A stretch of 64,000 nt of DNA, from positions 5,704,001-5,768,000 of the forward strand of contig JBHGNT010000017.1 in the NCBI GenBank assembly GCA_043228905.1. The letters run 5' to 3'. A program made the position numbers and the translations under genes. The notes beneath the pieces were generated by a model that was given only the letters and a program-made list of their open reading frames with translations, did not search any database and was not told the DNA's origin. This document shows positions 12,701-26,240 of the stretch, piece by piece (within the stretch, counting starts at the first letter, position 1; every line of letters starts with the position of its first letter). This DNA comes from Azolla caroliniana. Its lineage: Eukaryota > Plantae > Polypodiophyta.

Positions 12701-15700
12701 CCCCCTTTTGCCGAACGTTCTTCAAGTGTTTCCACTATCAAGCTGAAAGTGGAATTGTTATGGGATGGACATCGTCCTTTTTGTCCTTGGCCGAATCAGC
12801 CTTTTCTTGCATGACCGCAATCTCTACCTCAGTCCGAGTGTGAATAGAGCATGTGTCCTTCCGATGCGGAGCTCCTTGTTCCGATGTGGTTTTCTTCGAC
12901 CAGGAACATCAATTGAAGGTCAAAGGAGGGAGGATTTTCTCGTGAGGATGAGCGTTCTCATTGTGGTGCTAGGCTGTCGAGACATATTTGAACCATTTCG
13001 TCGTCATCAACGTTCACGTTAATTGAGCCGAGTGACTTGCACAACTCCTTGATCTTCATGGTATAGCTTGCGATTGACATGTCCCTTTGTTGGACATTAT
13101 TCAACTCTTGACGGAGTTGAAGCTTTCATGCGGTTGTATCAGCCACGAAGATTTTCTTGATATTTTCCCAAGCTTCATTTGGCGTCTTGGCTTCTTGAAT
13201 GTAGCCGAGCATGTGGTCATGACCACATGATGCCAAGCATTACAACACACGGTTCGCCGCTTGCTCCCAAGTTGGGTAGTTGGCGTGTGTTGGGTTGGGT
13301 TTCATTTCATGAGCTCCTTCAATGTAACTCCAATAGCCGTGGTTGACAAGATATTGGTGCATCTTGTATTCCCAAGATATGAAGTTGTTTTTATCCAACT
13401 TTTTACTGGGAAGAGAGCTGCTCGTCTGAGTGTTCATGATGGTCGAAATGGATTTTCTTCTCTCTTGGATATGAATTATGTAGTAGTGCCATGATAACGA
13501 TCAACCTATTCTTCCTGAATGTTGGCGTAGGCACAACACACGCGGATCGGCTAGATCAAGCTACCAACTGCTTTGATACCATGGAAATAATCAACCGTGT
13601 GATTATGTGCTGTGGAATTAGATTAGAAATGTGTATGTATGTGTGTGTGTGTATGAAGAAGGAATAGACACATGATAGATAGCAAAGCAGAAAATTGTAT
13701 ATTCACAAGAATGATAACCAACTGATTACAAAGGAGAGAAGAAGGTGCTTATATGGTCACCTTCTCTCTACATTCTCTTACTAAAACTACCTATCGGGAA
13801 AGGGGGATAACCTTAACTACCTCAATAAAAATGTGTTCTATGACACATTAGTTATGTTACATAGTGGTGGTGTGTTCACAGACTTCATATATTCTTAGGG
13901 TGTGTTACCACACTAGGTAAAGTTGAGTTTTATTCACAACAATCAGCATATAGTAATATATGTATGGCAAAAGGAAACGGATATGCTTGGTTCCATTTGG
14001 TGATTATGAAAGATACATGTAAAGGCCGCAGTTGTATATCCCTGGCTGCAGTCAATGATGATTTGAAGATTTCTCCTAATGTAGTTTTGCAGTTTAGTTG
14101 CTTGATTAGTGTCTGCATTACTTGGACGCGTCAGTTCCGTATTTTTAAACCTTGATCAGGCTTTCTTCAAAAGTGGTATAACTACTGTCATAACAGAATA
14201 TCATTCAAACATCTGTGTATTTATATTTTTAATTGTGTTGAATTAGTGTCTGTATTTCTTAAACATGATATTTCTGTATTATTTTGCATTTCATATGAGT
14301 ATTGGTTTAAATTGTTGGCTAGGGTTGCTCATCTGAAGTGGCAGAGCAACTTGATTCTTTCCTACTGGGGAATGTTTCAGAGGTATCTTTTTTGAATATT
14401 TGGTCATTTTGCTTTTCCCATGATTTATTATTGTATGATTTAATTACAGACTTCAGTTAACATCTATAAAGCCTGTCCATTTGTTTGCAGGCTGTAGGGG
14501 AGGCCAGATTTTGTTCTGTTTGGTGGGCGAAAAATATCTATGATTTCAGCAATTGTGCTGGGCGTTTCATATGCATGTTAGGAGCATCTGATGAGAGGCT
14601 TGATGTAAGGTATATTGATACTGGCTTTTAAACCCTATCATTAATTGTACTGTTGAAATCAAAGTAGTGTTAAGGTACATATCAGATTATTATGTGTGAG
14701 TAGGAAAGAATGTCTTCACCCTTGTAATTATCTTTGTTCCAACATCCAATCGTAATGGTCCATTACAGCTCATGTTGCAAGTTCATATGGTTCCTAGATA
14801 TCACACAACACCCTGCACACTGTCCTCTCTAAAAAGCTAATTGTCCATTACACGTGGCTGCCTTGAATTCCAGCATGCATTTTCTCATATGTGCAGCATG
14901 GGATAATATGAACCCATCTCCATGGAAATCTCTGTTTTCGCAGTCTGTCTCTGGATGCTCATGCGAATCCATTATCTCTACCTAGCCTCCTGCCTCCAAA
15001 TATGAAAGAAAGCTATGTCCTGATTGATGTGGAAGCGTGAAAGATCATGACCTTAGTCCTCGCAAGGCTCACTGTGACCCCTTCTCTGTCTGTAAAGATT
15101 CCTGGGAAAGAGGTGGTGCTGGATTCCACCTGATATGTCAGACTCTTCGAATTTACGTTGAGTATGTAACATTATCAATGAAGAGCAAACAATTTAAGTG
15201 ATAATGGAATTCAGGCCAATTCCTGCTTATTACCAAGTAAACCAAGCAATACAACAGCAAGGTCTCCACAATATAACATTTGGCATCCGGATCCACAAGT
15301 AGCGGTAATGATATTAAAGACGTTGGTGGTTCATGCTGATGAGGTTTCATTGTTTTGCATTCATAGATTGACATATTCGCATTCACGGGGGTTACCAAAT
15401 GAATGCATACGAATGCATGAATAAATATTCGTAAAAAAAGAGAGAGTTCATAAAGTCCATACTTTTTAGTTTCTTAGATATATCATTTAAGTTATAACAA
15501 AGAGGACATTGACAATAAAAAGGGGATATTTTACTTCACATTAAAAAGGAGACTTAGACCAATAATATTTTTATAATAGATGTAAAACTTTAAAAGTATT
15601 TGTTTTCTTAAAATTTTTTTTTTTCATTAATTTCCCACTTTTTACTCTCCCAAAAATTTGATATTTTTTTATCTATCATTAAAAAGGGAACCTCATGCTA

Positions 15701-16431
15701 ATAATATTTTTATAATAGATATAAAACTTAAAAGTAAAACAAAAAAACAAAACAAAAGAACAACAAAAAAAAGATAAAAAAATAAATAAATGAAATAAAT
15801 AACAGGTTCATTGATTCCCTGCTTTTTACTCTCCCACAAAATTTAATATTTTTATTTGACATTAAAAAGGGGAGCTCACACTAATAATATTTTTATAATA
15901 GATGTAAAACTTAAAAGTATTTGTTTTATTTTAATAAAAAAAATAAAAAAAATAGAAGGTTCATTAATCTCCCACTTTTTACTCTCCCACAAAATTTGAT
16001 ATTTTTATCTGACATTAAAAAGGGGAGCAATAAGATTTTTTGATAGATGTAAAAATATATATATTTTAAAATAATAAATAATAAATAAATAAACGAATGG
16101 TTCTGTAATATTCTTGGGGTCATTTTGTATTCTCGAATATTGCGAATATTACAGATGGCGAATACCATGAATATCACGCATGGGTCAATCTATGGTTGCA
16201 TTCTTGTCTTGATAACTTCTTTCTATTTGTTTGTTGATTTCTACAAAGAATAGTCCCAAGCATCATTGCTCTTTGTATTCCATTACCTTGCGGAGTGATT
16301 CAAAGCTGTGGTTGAAGAGGTAGTGGTATCGCCCCGGTTCAGAATAGATTACATCTTAAAATATAGATCACATTATTGTGTCCTCAGACGTTGAATATCA
16401 CCTTTGGGGGAGAGTGTGTGAAAGGTAGGGA

Positions 16432-16471
<40 letters not shown>

Positions 16472-19400
16472 AATATTAACGTCTTTTAAGAGGCCAAAAT
16501 GGCCTATAAGACCAAATAAGAGATTACATCTTAAGTGTTGTCTCGTCTTTGAGAACAAATCAAAATAAAATAAATATTACACAGTAAATATAAAAGTAAA
16601 TAACATGAAAAGAAAAGAAATGAGGGAATTTGGTTTTTGGCACATGTGAGATCCTCAAGTTAGGTATATTGTAGCTTTTGTCTTCGAAAGATCTCTAGCA
16701 TAGGTTGATCCAGAATGGAAATGTCTCTGAAGCGAGGGAAGCACCTACGATGGTGGGAGATAATGGCTTTTATCTGTCGATGACAAGGGTGTCGAGGTCG
16801 TGGTCCATGGGGCCGAGGCCTACGTGCACAGCAAATTGCCATTGCCCGATCAATTGTAACCCCTTTGTTATGTCCTGGTCTGAAGCCCATTTGTGTATCC
16901 TGGGGTTGACTTCTAGCATTAGGAGTGATGGGGCTAAAGAAAGTTGTGATTGTTCTTTGTGGATGAGCTTGTGTGGTTGTATTATTGTCCTTCAACCAAC
17001 AACTTTTCCCTATGTCTCTTGAGTTCAAGCAAGAAAAGTCCTAGGCACCGTTGGTCCTCATATTCCATTAACTTGCGCAGCGGGCCAAATCCTTGTTTAA
17101 AGAGGCAATGGTATCTCCCTCTGATTTCTTAAAAGACCCTATAGTGACAAACATAGTGTTCTTCAGATTCCACTCCTTGATGACACAATTTGCAAATTCT
17201 TTCTTCTAGAGGTATTTGTGTATATCTGTCTACCTCAATCTCCAAATGATGTGATGAAGTTCGCAGCTGCCCTATCATATTGCGCAGTGCATTGGATAGA
17301 TTTATGTCCATATAAGGCGGCCTGATGATGAATCCATCCTCCAATGTGTGTAAAAAGTGTGTCTTGTAGTTGGCCATCTTCATACCAAGAGAAGAAAGAA
17401 AGAAAGAGATATTAACATATTTTAAGACACCAAAATGGCCAATAAGACCAAACAAGAGATTACATCGTAATATAGACCATATTATTTTGTCCTCAGACGT
17501 TGAAAATCACCTATGGGGGAGTGTGTGTGTGAGTGTGTGAAAGAAAGATATATACATCTTTTAAGACATCAAAATGGTGTATAAGACCAAACAAGAGATT
17601 ACATCATAAATCATTGTCTCATATTTGAGAATAGCAAACGAAAATAAATATAATAAAACATATGGTATTAAAGAATCTAGTTATCTAAGCACTTAAAATT
17701 CTGATGCTAGATAGATTGAAACTCTTGTCTTCGAATAATCTCCACCATGACTCTCTCCAATATGGAGAGATATATGAAGTAAGAGAAGCACCTTTGGTAC
17801 TGGGTGATAATGGCATTTATTTGGTCATGACAAGGATTTGAAAGAGAGGGAGTGAGAGAGGTGAGTGAGAGAGATGACATGGATTTGTTATTTTAAGAGA
17901 GATGGCATTAGAAGGACTCTTCCCAATGAAAGAAGGAAACATACCACACTATCCATCATTATTTGATATGCTGAACTTCATTTGGAAACAACAACCTGGG
18001 TTGGCTATTCAAGCAAGACTGGGAGAGCAGGATCTTCTATTCGAATCAAAGACCTATGAAGCAATGATCACTTTCCTTTTGAAATGTTACAAAGAGTCTG
18101 ACAAATCATCCCTAGATGAACGTATTTTGTTGCTATTGGAACATGCCATGGCCTTAAATGGAACTGTTGATTTACATGTTAAGGCATCAAATGGACTCCT
18201 GGTTGTTGCTGCTCAGTCACCAAAGGTAACACCATGGGAATAAAGCTTCCGTAGCTGTTTTGTTTACAATGCATATCTTGCAGTTGAATGTTAAATATTT
18301 TCGTGTTGGTCACACTTTATACTTCTTGACAATTGGAAGCTTCAATGTTTGCAATCCAGTTTGAGAGAGTATGTGTTTTAACCTATGGATAATTTCTTAT
18401 TAGATCAAAGATCTTCTAAAAGAGAAGATTGTCATAAATTTAGTTCTGTACTCAAATGACTCATATCTTCCCAGAAGAAAGGATGTGAATGAGTTGATGA
18501 CTGGTAATTATATGCAGAAATTTGCAGAAATGTATGTTGGGAGAGTAAGCTGGTTGAGACAATTCGTTGGACATGTTGATACAAGTACACGAGAGATAAT
18601 AGGAAGGCTTTTTGGTATTGTTACCTCTGAACTTTCAATATCCAATGTTGTCACTCTATTGGAGGATTTAACAACAACATTCAATCCTGCTCAAAAGACA
18701 AGGTATTCTTCTAAATGTGAAGTGAATGGGATCCTCAAATGTAAATTGAGTGAAAGGGTAAGGTTTACTATGGTTTCACCACTTTTATCTGACTCTATTT
18801 GTGTAAGGTTTGAAGAAGCTCAGGGTGCTGTATGTGCAACTGGATATATTCTGGCGCAATGTATGACTGGCATGCCAACAGTAAGTATGGATGTGACTTT
18901 GATTTAGTGTAAAGATGCAATACCGTAGTAAAAGAAAAAATCTAGGGCATGTATTTGTTCCTGTCACTGTGTCTGGACATGCTAGTATTCATTTCTGCTC
19001 TTTCTGGAAATTTAGGTTCCAGTTAACAAGATGAAAAATATACTATCAAGCTTGGTTCACTTGAGAAAGTCAGGCAATCCTCTCCTATCAGGAACTGTAG
19101 TGGAAGCAGTTGGTCATATTGGTCTACGGGGCTGTTTACCTCTATTTTCTGATGGTGATGAACAGTTGATAGGTGTAGATTCTATCAGCAATAATGAGGT
19201 GACAGAAGGAAAACTAGATTTAACATCTGTAATTCAGTTGTTGAATGATGTCATAGCTTCAAAGGATTCAAAATCAGTTCAGAAAGCAATTATTGCATAT
19301 GGGCATATCTGCCATGGTAGCCCTGAAAAGATACTCTTGGAAGCAGCACTGAATGCGCTATTCGCATTGAGCAGGACTAAGGTGTGCTTTCATTTTTTAC

Positions 19401-22400
19401 TTAATTATAAAATGCTGCAAGAGAAGTAATAGGATCTTGTAGCTATATCTAGAACGCAGATGAAAAACTGGATTAACTAGACAAGAGTCTGTCTAGTATT
19501 CATGGTGACTTTGTGTAGGATACGATGGTTAAGATTCAAGCTTGCTGATCGCTTTTATACACAAGCACTGACATTGCATTGTGGTTCAGGTGGAGGAGGT
19601 GCTGTTTTCTGTAGGTGAAGCTATTTGTTTTATATGGGGTGGTCTTTGTGTTACAGCAGATGAAATTCTCAAAACGACATTTGTCTCTCTTTCTGGCGCA
19701 CATCATTTTTTGACTGATGAGAGTGACATAAATGATATTGATCGAAAAAATATACCATTTACCAATGAATTGGATGAAAAGAGAGAGAATGCACGAGAGG
19801 TGATTGTGACAAAACTTTTTGATGAGCTTGTCTACAGTGGTAGAAAGGAAGATCGGTGTGCAGGTGCAGTATGGTTGGTTTCTATCATCACATATTGTGG
19901 GAATCATCCTCGTGTACAGAAGATGCTTCCAGATATTCAGGTTCCTAAAACCTAAAGCCTAAACCTTGGTTTTAAACATTTTTCATACCATGAATAAATG
20001 AGGTCAATTGGAGATAATAATACATTGTATATTTTTGCGGTGGTGTATGATGTTTTTGTTGATTCTACATTCAGAATGTGCATATTAAGGGTAAATTGAC
20101 ACTTTTATGTAATTGATTCTGCATTGCGTAGGCGTTGTGGTCAGTTTGTTTGTTGATGTGAAACATCTCTGGTAGTCACAGGCCAATTTTGGCCTTTTGA
20201 AAGATCTTAATACATCTTGCTTCATTCGATCTGTGTCCATATGTATGCCCAGACTGCTGTTGCATATGTAATGTCTCTTTCTGTCTCATGGCCATTTTGG
20301 AATCTTAAAAGATGCAGATATCCTTCTTTCATTGTGCATATCTAGGCTCAGATTGCTGTTATACATATGTGGGAACGCCACCCCTTTGTGCTAGTCTTTT
20401 GAAAGTAGGGTTTAGGGTTTAGGTTGATGAGGCTGCTTGTCTAACATAGCAAAACTGCATATCCATGGAGAATATTACTAGAGGTGATTGGGAAGGGAAC
20501 TTCCCAATACGGATTTGATCTCAAAAACTGCTCGTGAAGGTGGTTGCATGTGAGACAATGCGATGACGATGTCATCAGCATAAAGAAAAATATGAACTTG
20601 AGTACCAGCCAAGTCTGTCTTAATGAAAATAAAAAATTATTAAACTTAATAGAACGATAGTAAGGAATAGAAAATTGAGTCGGCCTAAATAGCGGTTGAA
20701 GGTAGAAAAAGGAGAAAGAAAGTAAACAAGTGACATTATTTGTTCTTTGTTAGCGTTTTTCCCCTGTAAACTTCAGTGTTATTTAAGCTTTAATTTGATC
20801 TCCAAATATCTCTTTCTCCTTTTCATCAATAATTTTTTATTGTTAAGCTTCATTCTTTTTTTCAAGCTTAGTTCCTTTGTACCATCAACAACTATCATCT
20901 AGGTCTAAATTGGCATATTTAGGTAAAGGAGAGAAATGAAATGAAATCACATATTTAAGTGACTGAGGTGCAGGAAGCATTTAATCATTTACTTGGGGAA
21001 CAAAATGAGCTCACACAAGAGATGGCATCAAAAGGCATGAGTATCCTTTATGAACTCGGTGACACAGCATCTAAACACGAGTTGGTAAAAGCACTTGTGA
21101 ATACCTTATCTGGGACTGCAAAACGGAAACGTGCAATTAAGGTACTTTAGAAGTGCTTTACTTTTCCTTTATGATGCTTCCTTTCTTGTCTAAAGTGACT
21201 GTTTTACCCATGCAGCTGACTGAAGACTCTGAAGTATTTGAGGAGGGTACATTAGGTCAGAAACCAGGTGGTGGAAATATAACTACATACAAAGAATTAT
21301 GTAGCCTTGCAAATGAAATGGGACAGCCAGATTTAATTTACAAATTCATGGATCTTGCGAATCACCAAGCATCCTTAAATTCAAAGCGTGGAGCAGCATT
21401 TGGTTTTGCCAAAATCGCTAGGCAAGCTCGAGATGCTCTTGCTCCATTTCTGCCATCATTGGTACCAAAGCTTGTCCGATACCAATATGATCCAAATAAA
21501 TTAGTACAGGTAAGCATTGGAATTCATTCGGTAATGAAAACATGCACATTATGAATCATTGTTTTTCTCACTTTCATATTCATTTAGGATGCCATGGGCT
21601 ATATTTGGAGGTCAATTGTTGCGGAACCAAAGAAGACAATTGATGAATATTTTACCACAATAATGGAAGATCTTCTTTTACAAGCTGGATCGAGGCTTTG
21701 GCGATCACGTGAATCTTCTTGTCTTGCTTTAGCAGATATATTACAAGGTCGTCGGTTTGATGAGGTTAGAGATAAAAAATGCGCTCTACAGAATGTTTTT
21801 AATTTCCAAAGTTTGTTACTTTCTTATGCTTGGATTTGAGGTAAAAACTAAACTCTTATAAAATTTAACCTTTCTGGTGATTCTTTCTGTAAACACTGTG
21901 CAAACTTGGAGTCCCCTATGTTGGAGTTCCTGTGTATGATGTTGAGAATTTATACAACTAGAAATCAAAGGAGCTGCATTGAATTGCACAAATGGCTTCA
22001 TGGAACAAAAATTGAAGGAAAATAAAGCTATACTAGCATCTTTTAAGAGAGGCCAAAATGGCCTATAAGACCAAAGAATAGGCTACATCTTACATTTTTT
22101 TCTCATAATAAACCAAAATAAATACACCTAAACAATTGACACTATGTATATAAGAACCTAAGATTCTAAACTTAATCTTTAAAATTGTTGTCTCCAACAG
22201 GGGCCACTCTAAGATGGAGAGATCTCTGAAAAGGGGAAGCACCTTTGGGGCATGGTGATAACCTTTATTTTTTGATGAGAAGGGTGATAGGTTCATGGTC
22301 CAGATGGTCATAGCCTACATGCATGGCACATTGCTATTGCATGCTCTGTTGTAACCCCATTTAAGTGTCTTGGTCAAGAATCAACTTATGTAGTCCTTGA

Positions 22401-25400
22401 TCGACTTGTAGCATGATATATGCTTAAAGAAAGTTGTGATGATCCCGGTTGAGCTATTGTGGTTGTCCAGCAACTTTTCCCTATGTTTCTTGAGTTCTTG
22501 TAAGAAAAGTCCTAAGCAACCGCTGGTCTTTGTATTCCATGATTTTCTGTAGTGGGCCAAATCCTTGTTTGAAATGGCAGTGATACCTCAATTATTTCAT
22601 AAACACCACAGTGGCAGGCATTGCATTCCCCCCTCTTATATCACAGTTATATCACAGTTATATCACAGTTGGCATATCTGTTCTTCAATAGATTTGCCTG
22701 CATATCTGCATATCTCAATTCTAACTGATGTGAAAAGGCCAAGAGCTAACTGATGTTTAACTGGTGTTTATTCAAATACGAATGCTTGATGAAAAATACA
22801 TCCAGTGACATGTGTACAAGTGCTTTTTAGTGGGCCTTCTTCGTATTAAGATATATCCGTCCTATAGTTTTTTGTGCATATCCACCTATTTCAATTTCTA
22901 ACTGATGTGAAGGGGTCTTGTTCTACCCTATCACACTATGGAGCGCATGAGATAGATGTATATCCATATAAGAAGGCTTAATAATAAATCCATCCTCCAA
23001 CACATGTAAAAGGATGCCTTGTAATGGGCCATCTTCCTACCAAGAGATGTGGGGTGACCATAATAGTGATTGGTATTAGGGAATACCTGATAAATTGGGT
23101 GTGGTATGCCCAAGAAAACCAAGATGTACCTTTCTAACACTGAAATCCTCAACTACACCATGGAGTCATTCCACATTCCTGGTCCCACTCAACCACTGAA
23201 TGAGGTCATTTACTCAAGAAGAAATTGAATAAAGAAGAAAGGATTAAATTAGATATTTTTTAGCATCCATAGAGAGGCCAAATTGACCTATGGGATGTAA
23301 GTACACAAGTTCTCTTGATGTGTGTCTCCTTCCTAAGAAGGGATATTCATACTTTGAAGCACAATGTCTCGATGTGTGAATAAGGCATACGCGTATGAAC
23401 TCAAACTTCTAGGGGTTCTCTTTAATGTGATAATCAAGTCATCACCTATGTCATTATAGCTTTCACGAATTGTACTACATGCAGAGCATGTAAAAAGCAA
23501 ATGATACTCATCCTCTACTAGCCCTTCTAATACCTAGGTTGTGATCGCGAAGGAGTATGAGGACTCTATGAGAGTTAATACTCATGTTAGTAATGAGAGA
23601 AGGTTGAATACGATCAATAAGCCTTCTTACCTTATATAGAGCCCATTATTCAGTATTGATGTTTGCAATGTAATATTCTAATTGTCCTGTTAGCATCTTT
23701 CCACTTCTTCTTCCTTAGTGGTTCTATAAACCTTTCCACAAAAATTACATATTTCATAGCATCACTTGAAAGCTCTAAGAAACTATTTTTTGATGTCAAC
23801 CACCCAACCAGATGAGAGAATTTACTCTTGTGTAGTTTACATCCAACATTCCTAGCAAGATGTGGTAATCTATGATTTGGCATATTCTTGACTTTTGTAA
23901 TGTATCTATATACTCTTTGTAGTGCCAACATCACTATAGGTTGACACATGTTTCCAAGAGCATAACCTGATTGGAGGAAAATCTCTGAAGTAGTATCTAA
24001 AAATCTTACTAAAGAAAGAAAGAGAGATATATTAATGTCCTTGAAGAGGCCAAAATACCCTATAAGACCAAACAAGAGATCATATCTTAAATGTTGTCTC
24101 GTCTTAGAGAACAACAAATCAAAATCAATGTTACTAAGTATAAAAAAGGATCTTGTTATTGGTGCATGTGAGGTTCTCCAGTCAAATATATTGGAATTTT
24201 TATCTTCGAAAAATCTCTAGCATAGGTGGTGAGATTGTGGTTCATGGGCCAGGGACTATGAACATGACAAATTCGATTGCCCAATTTATTGTAAAATGTC
24301 CTATTCGGGAGACCATGTGTGTAGCCCTTGATTAACGTGTAGCATGAGTAGGACTGTTGGGGCCCATTTCTTTTGATAGATGTTCTGATGGATTTGCTGC
24401 AAGAGAAATTTATTTAGAATCTGAGATTGATTTAAAAATATGATTATGGAAATTTGACTAATGCTATTGACATTCTTTGAAATAGGTTGAAAAGTATCTT
24501 GAACAAGTTTGGATAGTATGCTTCCGTAGCATGGATGATATTAAGGAAACAGTCCGTACGGCTGGAGTTGGTCTTAGTCGATCAATAAGCTCTCTTACAA
24601 TAAGGCTCGGTGATACACAACTAACAGGTGAAAATGATGCAAGGACCACAGTGAACATTGTTTTACCTGTACTCCTCTCAAAGGGTGTGATGAGCAACAT
24701 TTCAGATGTGCAAAGAGTTTCTTTGGATGTTGTCATGAAGCTTGCGAAGGTAAGGCCATAGTATCGAGTCATTAATGGCATCAACATGAATGTATAATTA
24801 CTTCAAATTATGACATCCTGATAGACATCTTTATGAATGAATGTAATAAGTATAAATTGCTTGGCCAAGTCAATATAGATTGTTTGCATTAGAGATACTT
24901 GGGGTAGTTTCACAAATATTTGAATGCAAGTAATGTAGCATTAATGGACTTGACTTGTCAATAACAAATGTGACTAGTCTATGTTCTTTCTTGGGAAGTT
25001 CTGTATTGCGAAGACGCCAAGATGAGGAAAGCAGCTTCAAGTGTTGGGTAAAAATGGCTTTGATTTGTTGATGTCAAAGGTGAGGAGTTCATGTAGCAGG
25101 TGGACATGCCTACATGCATGACAAATTGCTATTGCTCAATCCATTGTATCACCTTTAGAACGTTGTAGTACGGACATTAGTTATGCTGCCTTTGACTGAT
25201 CTGTAACATGGGCGAGAGGGGTGATAGTTTCAAAGAAGGATGTGAAGCTCTTGGCTTATGTGGTTGTGCAACTGTACTGATGTTTTTCAGCAGCTTCTGT
25301 CTATGTTTCGTGATTTCCAAAAACAGTCCCAAGCATAACTGGTCTTAGTATTCCGTGAAGAGGTTGTAGTATCTCCCCTTTATTTCATCAAAACAGTACA

Positions 25401-26202
25401 ATGGCAAAACTAAGACTTCTTTGATTCCGTCCCCTTGATTTTGCTATTGGCAGATCTGTTTCTCCATAGCTATCTATGCATACCTACCTATCTCAAATCT
25501 AGTACTGGAATAATGCTTGATTTTTGTTGTGGTCGTTATTGCGGGAAGTGTTTATATTATTGGAGAATATTTATATCGATTAAATAATACATCAAAACGT
25601 TTTCATTTTCAGAATGCTGGTAGCTCCATTCGTCCCCAACTTCCAGACCTGGTTATCCACATGTTGGAAAGCCTTTCTGGCCTAGAAGATCAAAGGCTCA
25701 ATTATGCGGAGGTATTAAGTTACTGATTCCATTGAACTTAGTATTGAGAATTATATGTTTTCTGTAAGTTTCCATGCTCTTCTCTGAAGTAATTATGAAT
25801 ACACCAAGTCTTCTTAATTACTACCCAACTATTAAAAACCTGTTACGAAAATATTAATTATTGTGGTGCTGTCTCAACTTATTTTCTAATATGACTTTGT
25901 TTTAGTTACACGCTGAGAAGGTGGGAATAAATGCTGAGAAATTGGAAAGCTTGCGTGTAGCTGTTGCAAAAGATTCTCCAATGTGGGAAACACTAGATTT
26001 CTGCTTACAACAGGTTGATGGTCATACTTTGGATATTCTTGTTCCTCGTTTAGTACAACTTGTGCGCACTGGTGTTGGCGTAAATACAAGGTACATATAC
26101 TGTCACTTTAGTCTACTAGTTTGATATTAAGATGCTATTCAGTTATTGGACGGTAATGACGTTGGTGAAGGAGAGGTTGGGAGTGAGAGTAGATGAATGA
26201 GA

Positions 26203-26240
<38 letters not shown>

